Below are positions 26,300 to 40,194 of a stretch of 64,000 nucleotides of DNA, in pieces. The notes beneath the pieces were generated by a model. That model had not been told where the DNA came from and ran no database searches. It saw only the letters and a list, made by a program, of their open reading frames with translations. Every line of letters starts with the position of its first letter. The first letter of the stretch is position 1. The DNA is from Lama guanicoe (lineage: Eukaryota), in contig MU053520.1 in assembly GCA_013239625.1 (NCBI GenBank), forward strand, positions 1,021,103-1,085,102. Reading direction: 5' to 3'. A program made the translations under genes and the position numbers.

Positions 26300-26650
26300 T
26301 TTCAACCTTGAAGTGTAGTTGATGTACAGTAGTAAGTGTTACAAGTATACAATATAGTAATTCACAATTTTAAAGGTTACACTCCGTTTATAGTTATTGT
26401 AAAATATTGGCCATATTCCCCATGTTGTACAGCACATCCTTGTAGCTTATTTTGTACCTGATAGTTTGTGCCTCTTAACCCCCCACCTCCATCTTGCCCC
26501 TCCCCTTCCTTCTCCCCACTGGTAACCACTAGTTCCTTCTCTACAACTGAGTCTGTTTCTTTTCTGTTATATTCACTAGTTTGTTGCAATTTTTAGTTCC
26601 CACCTGTAAATGACATCTTACAGTACTTGCCTTTGTCTGACTTATTTCGC
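26300..26650 (-). mobile_element. L1 3'UTR fragment
   Basis: ttgaagtgtagttgatgtaca..ggtaaccactag..ctgacttatttc, the reverse complement of an L1 3' end. Confidence 0.85.
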
Positions 26651-27309
26651 TTCTATTCATTTTAACACAATGGACAACATATTGCACAAAAAGTAATATC
26701 CAGTTTCTGCTTACGAGGTCCTTGAAGACACTAGTGCCCAGGTGGGTCAAACCTGAAAGAGAGGTACCAGATCAAGCCTCAGATAGCTTAATCAGGATAC
26801 AGCCCTGGATTCATCTCATTTAAGAAGTCAAGATTGCAGCTGCAAAGACAATGGCAGGTGTCAAATAGATTATTATATGGCAGCAGAATGCAGGTCCTAC
26901 TTGATGGTTCTGGGGAAGTCTTCTATATAGATAGGATTCTGAGCTGATATTAAAATATCTTCAGAAACTATGTATGTGTTTTGCTATCTTCTTAGACTAT
27001 GGCAGTTATCTAAGTCATTGCATCCAACAAACATTTAGTGAATATCTGTTATATACCAAGCATTGTGAAAAACAATGGGATAAAGCAGGAATCAATATAC
27101 AAATGATCTCTGCCCCTTAGAGTTTAGTGAAGGAAGACCAATGAAAGGAAATAACAGCATAGTATAAGTACCATAAAAAATAACAGAAGACTGATACTTT
27201 ACCTATTCTTAGGAATGGAGGAAGGTCTAGTTTAAATCCTGCTGAAAGTTCTTTAAACTAAATACTTTGCCACTATCGGGATAAAGTTTACCATTTGCAT
27301 GATTCTTTG

Positions 27310-27760
27310 TGTGCCAGTAAGTTTTTGCTATGCACCATGCCGCCTCAAAATTGAGGGACTTGAAACAACAACCATTTCTCTGCTCACAATTCTGTGGGTC
27401 AGGTAGATGGTCCTTCTGGTCTTGAGCAGCTTGGCTCGACTGCTGTCAGCAGTCAGCTTGTCTCGGGGGAGACAGTCTGGGGTGGTCTTGTTCACACGTC
27501 AAGATCTTCATCTAGGTTTGCTGGAGCATCTAGAACGACTGGTCTCTGATCTTCTAATAGGCTTAATTAAGCTTGTTTCTACAGTGACCTAAGAATTTCT
27601 AACAGCAAGAGAGGGCAAGGCCAAGTCTGCAAGAATGATTTAAATCTCTTTTTACGTTACATTTACTAATCGCCCACTGGCCAAAGCAGGCTGTATGGCG
27701 AAGCCCAGATTCAAATGGCAGAGAAATGGACTCCTTCAATTGATGGGTGGAGCTGTGAAA
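27310..27760. mobile_element. MaLR (MLT1-type) LTR relic
   Basis: cttgaaacaacaaccattt..gctcacaattctgtgggtcagg..ccactggccaaagca. Confidence 0.65.
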
Positions 27761-29656
27761 TAATTCTCTCTTACACGTTGCTAAAAGAGGAGATAACTTT
27801 ACTGCCAGGACACTGTTTTCTTGATAAAACTTTTCAGTTCCTCATTAACTGAGGGTGAAGTTTAAACTATTAACATTGACTTAAAATGTTACTCCCTAGT
27901 CTGTGCTTAACCTTGTGCTTCACCATTCCCTAGTACTAAAACTTTAGACAGAAAGTTACATAAACTGCCCTTTAAATGCTTTTTGCAAATGAGACTGGCT
28001 CATCCTTCACTGCTTAGCATCAACTCTGTATTCAGGTTCTTATTACTCTGAATAAAAATGACTTTGCGGCTCAAGCCCAAATTGCTTATATGCAAATTGT
28101 TTCCAGAGGAGTTGTCTGCTACTGATTTTCCTAGATTCAGACAGTACCTATTCACAGTGACACATACTGTTGCTGTTGATTTTAAACCCACTAGGATTTT
28201 ATTTAACCACTTCTTCACTGTTTAGCTTTTCTCCCATTGAGGACCAGGCTACTTATTTTATGCTTTGTCCCTCAGTGGTTTTCCTTAAGTCCTTAAATGC
28301 ATGTCAAATTGAAATATTCTTCCGTAAAATGTTGTGTATGATTTTTCATTATTTTATGTATAAAAATATGCAAAATGGGATGCTCATTAACTTTTCACTT
28401 ATCTAAAACTAATTTACCATTCCCCCTAATATTTTTATATTCAATTAAGGAGCCCACGACAGTCAGTTAAATACGTTATGGGGCTTAAAAGAGTAGAGAA
28501 TAGAAATTGGTAAAACATAGAAATTGGCCAAAAGTGACAGAAAAGGAATCAGTAGCCATTAAGACACTTTCAACAGACATTTATAGAGGAAGTGCCACTT
28601 TCTTCTTTGCAAAAATCTTTGCTTCACTCATTTATGACATCCACTGAGAATCCAGGACAGAGCAGATACTATATATTCACCAAAGCAGGTACAGGGTGAA
28701 GAGAAACAGAAGGTCAAGCAAAAGGAAGAATGAACTTTCCCGTATGTGGATACCAATGTTTCTAACTTTTTGTTGTATACTGGCATACATGTGTTAATAA
28801 GATGTCAGAAAGTCTGATTAAATTGGGAAAAACTAGCCAGTTATCTGCATTCTTAGTATATAAAATATCAAGTATATGGATGCTTGGAAACATCTGAATC
28901 CATGGAAAACAGCTTTGCTTTAACATCAGCGTGTTATGTATTGAGTAGATAGAAACTCTATGTCTATATCTGCTTTCCCTTATTTTGATAAAGATATCTT
29001 CTTTCTCTCCATTTGAGTGAAAAAATCCTGAACTTGAAAGCAGGCGGCCACATGCCGGATCCAGGCTCTTCTATCTAATTAGCTCTGTGACCCCTCTAAG
29101 CCTTTGTTGCTTAATTAATAAAATGGGGACAATAACATCCATCTTTATTATTTTATAGAGTCATAAGAACACAAATAACACACGTGAATTTTTTTTATAA
29201 CTAGGAAAACGGTAAAGGGGAATTGCATTATTACAGTTTTACAGCATAATATTTAAGTGTTGTTGCCCGACTCCCTAATCAAATGTCTCATTCCAGACTG
29301 GACTCTTCCGTTGATTGGCTATGTAACCTTTAGCAAGTTAGTCACCTCTCTGAATCACATTGTCCTCATCATGTAAATGAGGGAGCTTTTTAGATAATAT
29401 AAAAGTCCTTTCTATCCTTTAAACTTCTGTGATTAAGTGATATAAGTTTAAAAAAACTCTATTATGATATGTTGTTTAAAAATATCATTAGGAAATAGTG
29501 TGAGCTTTCTCTCTATTAACCGATGTTCATTAGGTTAATTACTTAATCTTTGATCGGCTGATTCATTATATTAGGTGATTAGGTTAGAGACTATATTAAA
29601 ATCCAACTCCTTATGGTGGCCTAAAAGGTCCTTTATTATCTGGTTTCTGGCTAAGT

Positions 29657-30170
29657 ACAGGTTTTTAAAAATGGCCCAAGTAACTTGATTCTTCTCCCAT
29701 TGAGAGGCAGCATCTATGTCCCCTCCCCTGGAATTGGAATAACTTCCTCAAACAAAAGAATATTAAAGTGATGCTACGTATCCTCCAAGGCTGGGTCATC
29801 AAAGGCCACATCACTTCTGCTTAAATCTTTTGAAATGCTTCTCCCAAGATCCTCCCTTTTGGGACCTTCATTAGAAACCAGCTTCCGTACTGTGGGAAAT
29901 CCAAGCCATACAGACAGGGCATAGGCAAAGGCATACACTTTGGTCAGCAGTCCCAGTGAGTGAGTCCAGGTCTTCCCAGTCCAGGTTCCAGGCATCAGTG
30001 TAAAGAAGCACCCAGCTGATGCTAAGATGAAGTCACAGACATAGTGGGGCAGAAATAAGCTGGGTCTGCTATCCCCTGGTCACAACCTGGACCTACGAAT
30101 CGATGAGCATGGCAAAATGCTTATTGTTTTAAACCACTCACTTTGGGATGATTTGTTATGCAGCCATAAC
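29657..30170 (+). mobile_element. MaLR (MLT1-type) LTR inserted in an L2 relic
   Basis: ctcccattgagagg..ctatgtcccctcccctggaa..ttgttttaaaccac..tttggg..atttgttatgcagc..ataac; L2-like sequence resumes at ~30170-30570. Confidence 0.75.
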
Positions 30171-33100
30171 CAGATCAGCCCACCTCTCCCTCATTTATTA
30201 TGCTCTGGATACTCTGACTTCCTTTGGTACCAGGACTGTGAAAGGGTTTTCCTATCTGGGGGCCTTTATTCTTGCTGTGCCCTCTGCCCAGATCCCATTC
30301 TGTGTACAGCCTCCACCTACTGATAATCTTTGATGGTTCAGCTAAATGGCTCCTCTTAAAAGAGGTTTCCCCTAATCCCCTTGCCCAAAGTAACCTCCCT
30401 ACACACCATCACCAGTGCTTTCCATTGTCCAAAATTACCTTATATATCTATCTGTGTGTTTATCAGCTCACCCCGATAATAGTCACCACGTGAGCAGAAA
30501 CTTTTTGCCATCTTGTTCACGGTATATCCACAGCTCCTAAAACACTCTTGTCGGATAATGAACTTAATATGTGTAAGAAATATTGATATAGGCTTAAGTG
30601 TATATTTCTAAGCCCAATACTATAAAACTTAATATCATAAATAAAGCCTATAACGGGATCGGTACCTCTGAATTTCTAACATGCAATTCCGGGAATTCCA
30701 AAGCAAGTGTACTGTGGACGTTGTTTTAAGGATGATACTTTCTCTGTACATATAATCATTTCCTCATAAAACAATAGTGTAAGACATTATATTGTAATCT
30801 AGAAAGTATTGTTCAATGGATTCTTAACAGAAGCAGTAACAGTTATTATGTTCAAATTAGCCTAAACTACCACAGGCAAGTATAACGGAAGAGATGAATT
30901 TCCACTGTGCCTCTCTTCAGTTCAGTACTGATGTGTTCATGACTTTACATTAATTTTCTTGCACAGTTATAATTGGTGGTATGAACATTAAACTGAGAAT
31001 CCTCCCTTTATCTCATAATCCTCTTTCTCGGTCTACTGAAATCCAGTTTTTCCTTATAAATACTTCTCAAATTAAGCACCATCTGTCTAGCTTTATTGCA
31101 ATTCCCCTATATTTGGCCCATGTATATGTTTTTTAAGCAAATAGTACAGAGGGTTTCCACATCTCCCCTCTCCCCACACACTGTCTGCCCTATTATTAAC
31201 ATCTTGCCTTAGTGTGATGCATTTGTTACAATTAATTAACCAGTAGTGACACATTATTATTAGGCAAAGTCCTGGTAGGCCTGAGAAGGCCATCCTCTGG
31301 AGCTCCTGGTCCTGTTTACCTCTCAGCCTTAGGGCCTAGGCGGGCATGACCCTTCTCCTGGGAAGGAGAACATGGTTGTTGTCGTTGCACACCTGCCATT
31401 CTTGGTCACATTGTTGGTGGGATTGATCAAAGGCCACGCTCTGACTTTGTTTTCATGGATATACAATACAAATTTGTCTGTCTCCCTCTCCCACTGGATT
31501 GTGGGGGAAATGACATGCTTTATGGTGGTCTACTTAGGTTGGAAGGTGAATCGTGAGGATTTTGGTACAGGATACATCAGCAGGCCAGACTTTGAATTCC
31601 AGCTGTGCCACTTACTGGCTTGTTATGTAAGCTCTTGTAAGTAACCAGTTTTAGAAACAAATTTCTTTTTTTTTAAATAATAATTTTTTAGTGAAGTATA
31701 GTCAGTTACCATGTGTCAATTTCTTTACAGTATTATTTCCTGCTTTACAGTTACTGCAAGTATTAAATTGTGTCTGCAGATTTTTATAAACTGTAAAGTA
31801 CTAAATTTATTCAATATTGGCAATGGATTTTCAAGTATAAAACTTTAAGATTATTAACAGTGTAAATCTCATCAAAAAAGAGAAAAATGGATAAATTATA
31901 TTTATGCACTCTTTATAACTAGAACAGACCATAGAGGTAATTTCATTCAACACTTTAATTTTACGAATGAGGAAACTGGTCATAATAGGTTAAACCTCCT
32001 GCCTAAAGTCACAGCAATGGTATAGCTGAATTAGAAGCAGAGCTCAGCATGACCAAAGGTAAGAGTTAAAGAAGATATGTCAGGCTAAAATGGGATAAAT
32101 CTTGAAAATCACAAGTGTTTTAAAAATGTGTTTTAATCCTGCAGTCTCTTTACAACTGTAAAAGTAAATTTACTTTTCAGAGAAGATTCCATCCTGAGAA
32201 AATTCAATTTCATGTTTTTATTAACCTGACCATGGACATGTTTAAACTTCTATTGGGAGTCCTTCCTGATAAAGTGGACAGATTACTACAGTTGGGAAGT
32301 TGCCATTTAGATAATATATTGTAAAAATATACATATAATATGTATATAACTTTATGTCTCTATTATGAACATGGATCATAGAAGAGCCCAAAGCTCTAAA
32401 GTAAACAGCACCACAACCACCCTCATCTACCTTTACTCGTCTAGTTTTAAGCTTGTAAATTAAGACCCTTGATCCATATTGCAAAATAAATATCCCATGG
32501 GAGGAAGGCACTGTCAAGTGAACAAGGTTAAATAGAGAGATGAGGGCAAAAAGCAGACAGACAAAGTGGAGCCTTCAAGAATCACTTTATTAATGTAGGG
32601 AAGGAAAACAATAACTGTTGGAAAAAAAAAACTGGTTGTGGCCACCTCTGCTGCTAGAAAAATAATATAATAATATAAGGTAGCTAGCACCATGTTTAGG
32701 GACATGAATTGATGATTTATGGTGGGTTAAGTTTCACGAATGATTTGATTGAGATGATTGGGATTGAGAGAGAGAGAAACACAAAGGGAGAAAGATGCTC
32801 AGCAACCTGCAGGAGGCCAGGATATTTTATTCCCAGAGAGGGCTAAGGGTGAGATTAATACTGAGACAGTGTACCCAGATTGGTAAGAGGGGCATATGAG
32901 CGAGAACAAGAATTTAGCAGAAGCAACAAACAAAATAATCAGAACATAAATTTTTGAGGTGAAAAATCCTACATTTCTCCCTGGAGTTATTTGGAGTAAT
33001 ATCAAGGTTCTACCATGGATGACACGCAAGTTCAAACCACTTCTATTTACTCTTAAAAGACAAGGTGACTCCCTGCTACTTGGAAGCTATGATGGTCCTT

Positions 33101-34812
33101 GGCCCTCAGGCTGTGCCTGCTTGATACTTAACTTCATAGTTACAGTGATTACTTTCCAGTTCAACAATAAGAGATACACTTGAGAAGATGAATGGGTATT
33201 CATCTCCCTGAACCTTAGAAGTGTGCAGGACTCAAACTTTTTCTTTCAACCTCAAGAGGCAAGAGACTGTGATTGAGTAAGATTACAGCTGCCTGAGAGG
33301 TTAGAGAGCCAGGTAAGAGCCACCCCTTCCCTAACCATGTGGGCTTGGGTCAAGTCACACAGTTTCTGTGGCATTCACTGTCCTCAACTTTAAATGGAAG
33401 AAGTAGGACCAGATCAATGGTTTCAAGCCATTTTAAAGTTACATGTGCTGTATTATGTGCTTATTAGATGTTATTGTCTGTAGAAATAAGAATCAGGCAA
33501 AATTCAGATGGTAAGATTAAAATATGCACACTCAAATTTTTTGGGTTTGACAACAAAAACAGTGATGGTAGTTAATTAATATCTGATGTAGGAGGAACTG
33601 TGCAAAAGTAAAATTTAAAATTCTGACAGCAGTTTAAGAAGAAGTTAGAAAATAAATCTGTATCTTCAATATATGAATTCTATTTTTATTTATTGATAAA
33701 TGCAGTTTGGAGGGACAAGCACTACTTTATGGGTCTCTTAACAAGGGGATATGGTACCAACTGGCTCAAAAATAATGCAAGCTGTCAGGTTTAACTGTGC
33801 AATGCCAGTTTATTTTCTGTCTCTTCCTATTTTTCATTTCACACTTCATTTTCAACTCTTTGTACTGATTTATAAGCTACATAACCTTATTCTACATTCA
33901 TCATTAACAAAAGCAATTTAAATTAATCTCTTTCTTTTTGTTTTGGGAGGTATGGTTAAGGATTATTGATGTAAGAGCAGCATAGTGGGTTGTGGTGCAA
34001 CATGGAAAAGGTTGAGCTAGGTCATCTCTCATTAAAAAATAATTCTTATCTTCAGCTAAAATATGATTAAATCTAAAGCAAAATTGCATGAAGCTTCTTT
34101 GAACATCAGAAATCTTTTTACTCAAGAAACCCATTTTTAATTTTTTTATTCATACTTTTATCCCAACTCAAAGATGTATTTTGTCTACTTTGTGTGGCTA
34201 TGGAATAATGGAAATGTTACCCTTAGCACCCAAAAGTCTTGATGCTAATTCTGAAGGTACAGTGTGCTAATGTGTAAACTTGGACACATGAAATTTTTCC
34301 AAGATCTCAGTTTTCTGCCTTGTCAGACTTGTACTGTGATTCCTACACAATAAGCAAACAAGTAGTTCATATGATAGGTATTCACCATACCACCTGCATG
34401 AACAAAACAGCACTCTAGGCACTGGGACACAGCAGGGACTAACCAGAAGTGATCACCTACATTATGGGGGTCACATTCTACTGGGTGGAACACAGTCAAT
34501 AACGTCAGAATATATCAGGTGGAAATCTGTTCCACAAAGTATATATAAAATATTAATGGGCATACAGAGTAATGGAAGTAAGGAAGATTGTTTATCAAGG
34601 GTGATTGGGAACAGCCTCTGCAGTAAGGGGGTATTTGAACACTCAGGTCTGTTTTCATCAAAAATAGAAGAAACTTGATCAAAACTAGTTTTCATGCCCA
34701 GTTGCCACACCCTTTAAGTGCACTGACTGTGCGTGAAGAGTTCAGGAGTTACTATTACTGAGAACTATTATACTCAGCATTTCAAACCATATCATCAAGG
34801 TTTTCCCACTCT

Positions 34813-37032
34813 CAGGCATAGAGGGAACATACTCAGCACAAACCCACAGCTAACATCATACTCAATGGTGAAAAGCTGAAAGCATTCCTTCTAAGATCAA
34901 GAACAAGACAAGGATGCCCACTCTCACCACTTTTATTCAAAATAGTTTCGGAAGTCATAGCCACAGCAATCAGAGAAGAAAAAGAAAGAAAAGGAATCCA
35001 ATTGGAAAGGAAGAAGTAAAACTATCACTGTTTGCAGATGATACGATACTACACACAGAAAAGTCTAAAGACACCAGAAAATTACTACAGCTCATCAGTG
35101 AACTTGGTAAAGTTGTAGGTTACAATATCAATATACAGAAATCTGTTGCATTTCTATATACTAACAATAAAATATCAGAAAGAGAAATTAAGGAAGCAAT
35201 TCCACTTATTATTGCATCAAAAAGAATAAAATGCCCAGGAATAAATCTACCTAAGGAGGCAAAAGACCTGTACTTGCAAAACTGTAGGACACTGATAACA
35301 GAAATTGAAGATGACACAAACAGATGGAAAGGTATACTGTGCTCTTGGATTGGAAGAATCAATATTGTTAAAATGGCCATATTACCCAAGGTGATCTACA
35401 GATTCAATGCAATCCTTACCAGAATATCATTGTATTTTCCACAGAACTAGAGAAAATATTTTTAAACTTGTATGGAAACACAAAAGATCCCAAATAGGCA
35501 TAACAATCTTGAGAAAGAAGAAGATATCTGGGGGAATCATGCTTCCTGACTTCAGACAGTACTACAGAGCTACAGTAGTCAGAGCAGTATTCTACTGGTG
35601 CAAAATCAGACACATAGATCAATGGAACAGGATAGAGAGCCCAGAAATAAACCCACACACTTAGGGTCAATTAATTATGACAAAGGAGGCAAGAATATAC
35701 AGTGGAGAAAAGATAGTCTCTTCAATAAGTGGTGCTGGGAAAACTGGACAGCTACATGTGAAAGAATGAAATTAGAACATTCCATAATGTCATATATAAA
35801 AATAAACTCAAACTGGATTATAAAACTTAAATGTAAGACTGGACACTCTAAAACTCCTAGGGAAAAACTTAGGCAAAAACTCTTTGACATAAATTGAAGC
35901 TATATTTTTTGGATCCATCTCCTAAAGTAAAGGAAATAAAGCAAAAAAAACAAAAAACAAACAAACAAACAAAAATTGGGGCCTAATTAAGCTTATAAGC
36001 TTTTGCATAGCAAAGGAAACCATTGACAAAATGAAAAGACAATTTATGGAATAGGAGAAAATATTTGCAAATTATATGACCAATAAGGGATAAATAGCCA
36101 ATATATATAAACAGTTAGTGCAGCTCAACATCAAAAAAAAAAAAAGACACAAGTTCAAAAAACGGGCAGAAGAACTGAATAGACATTTTTCCAATGAGGA
36201 AATACAGGTGCATAACAGGCACATGAAAAGATCTCAGCATCATTAATTATCAGGGAAATGCAAATCAAAATCACAATGAGATATCACCTCACACCTATCA
36301 GAATGGCTATCATCAAAAAATCTACAAATAACAAATGTTGGCAAGGATGTGGAGAAAAAATAACCCTCATACAGTGTTGATGGGGATGTAAATTGGTACA
36401 ACCACAGTATGGAGGTTTTTCAAAAGACTGAAAATAGAATCACCATATGACCCAGCAATTCCACTCCTGGGTATATATTCACTAATTCAGAAAGATACGT
36501 GAGCACCAGTGTTCATAGCAACACTATTTACAATAGCAAAGAAGCAATCTAAATGTCTATCAACAGATAAATGGATAAAGAAGATGTGGCAATATATACA
36601 TGATGGAACACTACTCAGCCAGAAAAAATGATGAAAATTTGCCATTTGTAGCAACATGGATGGACTTGGAGGGCATTATGCTAACTGAAATACATCAGAC
36701 AAATAAAGACAAATACTACATGATATCATTTATACATGGAGTATAAAAATACAACAAACCAGTGAATATAACAAAAAAGAACCAGACTCACCTATACAGA
36801 GAACAAACTAGTGTATACCAGTGTGGGGAGGGGAGGAACAAAGTGTTGGATATAAGATAGGCTCAAGGATGTATCATACAATTAGGAGAATAAGGCCAAT
36901 ACTTTGTAATTACTGTAAATGGAAAGTAAGTTTTAAAATTTATTAAAAAAGTTATAAAGAAAAAATTAAATTGAAATTGACAATTAAATAAAATAAAAAA
37001 ATAAAAATAAATAAAATAGCAAAAAAAAAAAA
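34813..37032 (+). mobile_element. 5'-truncated LINE-1 (RT to 3' end)
   Basis: LSLFADD RT motif, [12 protein letters not shown] and IDQWNRIE, plus a long A-tail. The TSD is gttttcccactct (34800-34812 / 37033-37045). Confidence 0.96.
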
Positions 37033-37712
37033 GTTTTCCCACTCTTTCTCCCCTTTAGTAGACTTCACTTTCTTCTGCTTTGTTATCACTCTCAGGGAAA
37101 TTTTCTTACTTTTATTTTTTTAAGTCCTGGAATATATGTTCCCTGCATGTCCTTAGAACTTGTTAACTCAGAAGTGATGCTTTTTTTCCCCAATGGTTCA
37201 AGGAAATGTCTCAAGGAAGGTTTTTTCCCCCTGACCTGGCTTGAATCATGTGTCCATTTCTGAATTAATCACCATAACCACTAAAAATACTAATGATGAT
37301 TTGTAATTAAGATATTTACTTTAAAAGGCAATGTTAAGAGATGATTCTTTAATACCTCTTTCCTTTCCTTTCATTTGTTAATGTTGACTCGACTCATTCG
37401 TATTGCTTTTCCTAAATTATATGGTGATCTCGAGCTTCTCTGATCGTATTTACAGAAGAGGTACCTGGTTGATTACTGTGGCCTTGTGTTTCCTTGACAG
37501 TTGTAAGGCTGGTTTCTGCAGCAGACAAGTGCTGTGAACTCTTTGAAAGTAATCCAGACATGTTTAGAAAGACAGCTCTCCTTTACCTGCATTAGTGGAA
37601 AGTTGATAGGTAACACTCAGTTCACTTGTCAGTTTAGGGACATTCTTCTGCTTAGGGAGGGTGAAATGCCTTAATGTATTTAACTTCTTGGCAGAGTTAA
37701 CTTTGCCAAATT

Positions 37713-37802
37713 CTTTGTTTTGTTTTGTTTTTGTTCAGTCTTTAAACTTGATGCTTTGTTTTGTTTTTGTTTTGTTTTTGTTCAGTCTTTAAACTTGATG
37801 CT
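37713..37802. repeat. Tandem duplication of ~41-47 bp
   Basis: ctttgttttg..ttcagtctttaaacttgatg occurs twice head-to-tail. Confidence 0.9.
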
Positions 37803-38062
37803 ATGAACCGCCTGCCCCCTAACCTGCCTACACACACACACAGGTGTTTCCTTATTTAGGAAACTCTCATTGCCTTAGTCTGGGGCAGACTCCACATTCT
37901 GCGTGCTCAAGGAAGGGTGGAACACAGTTCACTGGCTGTGTAGCAGGTGGTCCTTGAACTATGGGAGCCAAATGTTTTGTCTCTCTATATGCCTCACTGT
38001 GTCATTAATAGCTTTCAGAAGAAGAAAGTGGATGGGAAAGGGAGGAAGATCATCTTGGTTTT

Positions 38063-38324
38063 TGTTTTGTTTTGTTTGTTTTGTTTGTTTTGTTTTTTTG
38101 TTTAACATTTTTTTAATTGAGTTGTAGTCATTTTACAATGTTGTGTCAATTTCCAGTGTAGAGCACAATTTTTCAGTTATATATGAACATATGTATATTC
38201 ATTGTCACATTTTTTTCTATGTGAGCTACCATAAGATCTTGTGTGTATTTCCCTGTGCTATATAGTATAATCTTGTTTATCTATTCTACATATGCCTATC
38301 AGTACCTACAAATTTTGAACTCCC
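38063..38324 (-). mobile_element. Short L1 3'-end insertion
   Basis: A perfect 16-bp TSD agatcatcttggtttt (38047-38062 / 38325-38340) at a TTTT/AA site; the tail has become (GTTT)n. Confidence 0.95.
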
Positions 38325-40194
38325 AGATCATCTTGGTTTTAAAGGTGAGCATCGTCTGAGGACAGTTGTGCATGATGAGGGTTCTGCCAATGCTCAGGAG
38401 TTCTTAGCTAGCCTGGCTCTGCCTGGGCTGCCTGTCTCCAGACTGAATGCTCCCTGGATGCCTGTGAAAACTGAATTAGTTCATCACTGGAGAACTTGAT
38501 ATCTATTCCAAAGTACAAGGAATGTGCATGGGTTGGGGCAAGAAGGAACCAAGTATTGTGCCTGGGCTGCCTTCTCTATGCCTTAGAAGGAAAAGGTTCA
38601 GTACCTAAGACCAGGGTAGAAGAAAGGAATGTGTCTCTTAGAAATTATTCTGTCCTACGAGGGCATCTCATGAGAACATGCACATTCCTTTACTGTTCAT
38701 CTCTACTTCACTTCTTCCAGCTTTTCCTTTCTCTTTGCTTTCAGGTTTTCTTTTACTCCTCATCTAACCTCTTTTTGCTTCTTAAAAACTCCAAATTATT
38801 TCTGTGAATACTGATGACTCTTGCTGTTACCTAGATGGAGGAGGGCATTGGTTGTAATGGAGAACAGTGAATGCTTTCCTTTGCAGTCTTCCTGCTTGTG
38901 ACCCACACAGCTATCCACTCACACACACAAGCACAGACTCTAGAGTGTGCAGAAGGTGGGAGTCCATTCCCTCAGGACCATAAGGGGGAACTTTCTCACA
39001 GCTCTGTGGCCAGTGTCTCTGAGAGTTTCTAAAATCAGGCATTGTGCCAAAAAGAAGATAGATTTCCTTCAGGGAACTCACATCTGCTCTACAACAAAAA
39101 TTTCAGCTCCTCTAATTAAAGTCACTCTGATCCTTTTCCTTGTGTCCTAATTTCTTGATGGTTTTATGATAAGAGAGAGTTTTCCTCCTCCCATGACAGA
39201 ATTACTTTGCAAAACATCTTATGTTACCTGTTAACGAATGCTGCTTTACCTAAACTGCTTCTAATTACAAAGCTCCCCACCACAGTGTGAGAGATGGCCA
39301 CTTTCAATGCATCAATTTCTTTAGAATCTTTCTGAGAAGAATTTATTCTCTCTCAATGTGGCTTTCCATTTAAAAAACTATTCACTAAAACACAACATTG
39401 TGCAAAGGGCTGAAGAGAAAAAAATGAGATAAAGTCCTTGTCCACAGAGAGATTAAGTTACAGTAAAGGAGACAGATAAGAAACAGGCAAACAAAACATG
39501 AACAGATTTTGATTACTTATGTGAGCAATCGGAGATTGTGGTAAAGAGATCAAGATGACATACTCTAAATAGGGTTATCAGAAGAGGAGGTAACTTTTGG
39601 GTTAAGATCTGGAGATAAGGTGGAATCAGTTATGCAAATAGTTGAGGAGAGGGCCTTTCCAGACAGAGGGTACAGAAAATGCAGAGTCCCTTTAAAGTCA
39701 CACACACATGGCATGATCTTGAAAGTATAGAAAGCTTGTGAAAAAAGAAAAAGCATCAAGGGAAGAAGGAAAACAGGTAAGATGGCAAAGTTCTACAGAG
39801 GTCAAGCCGATCAGGCTACGAAAATGAGCTGATTTTATCCTAAGTGCAAAGAGGAAGTTATCAAAGGATTTTTTTAAACATTTTTTATTGATTTATAATC
39901 ATTTACAATGTTGTGTCAAATTCCAGTGTAGAGCACAATTTTTCAGTTATACACAAACATATGTATACTCATTGTCACTTTTTTTTCTCTGTGAGCTACC
40001 ATAAGATCTTGTATATATTTCCATGTGCTATACAGTATAATCTTGTTTATCTATTCTACAATTTTGAAATCCTGTCTTTCCCTACCCACCCTCTGCCCTC
40101 CTTGGCAACCACAAGCTTGTATTCTATGTCTATGAGTATGTTTCTCTTTTGTATTTATGCTTTGTTTGTTTTTGGTCTTGTTTTTGTTTTTGTT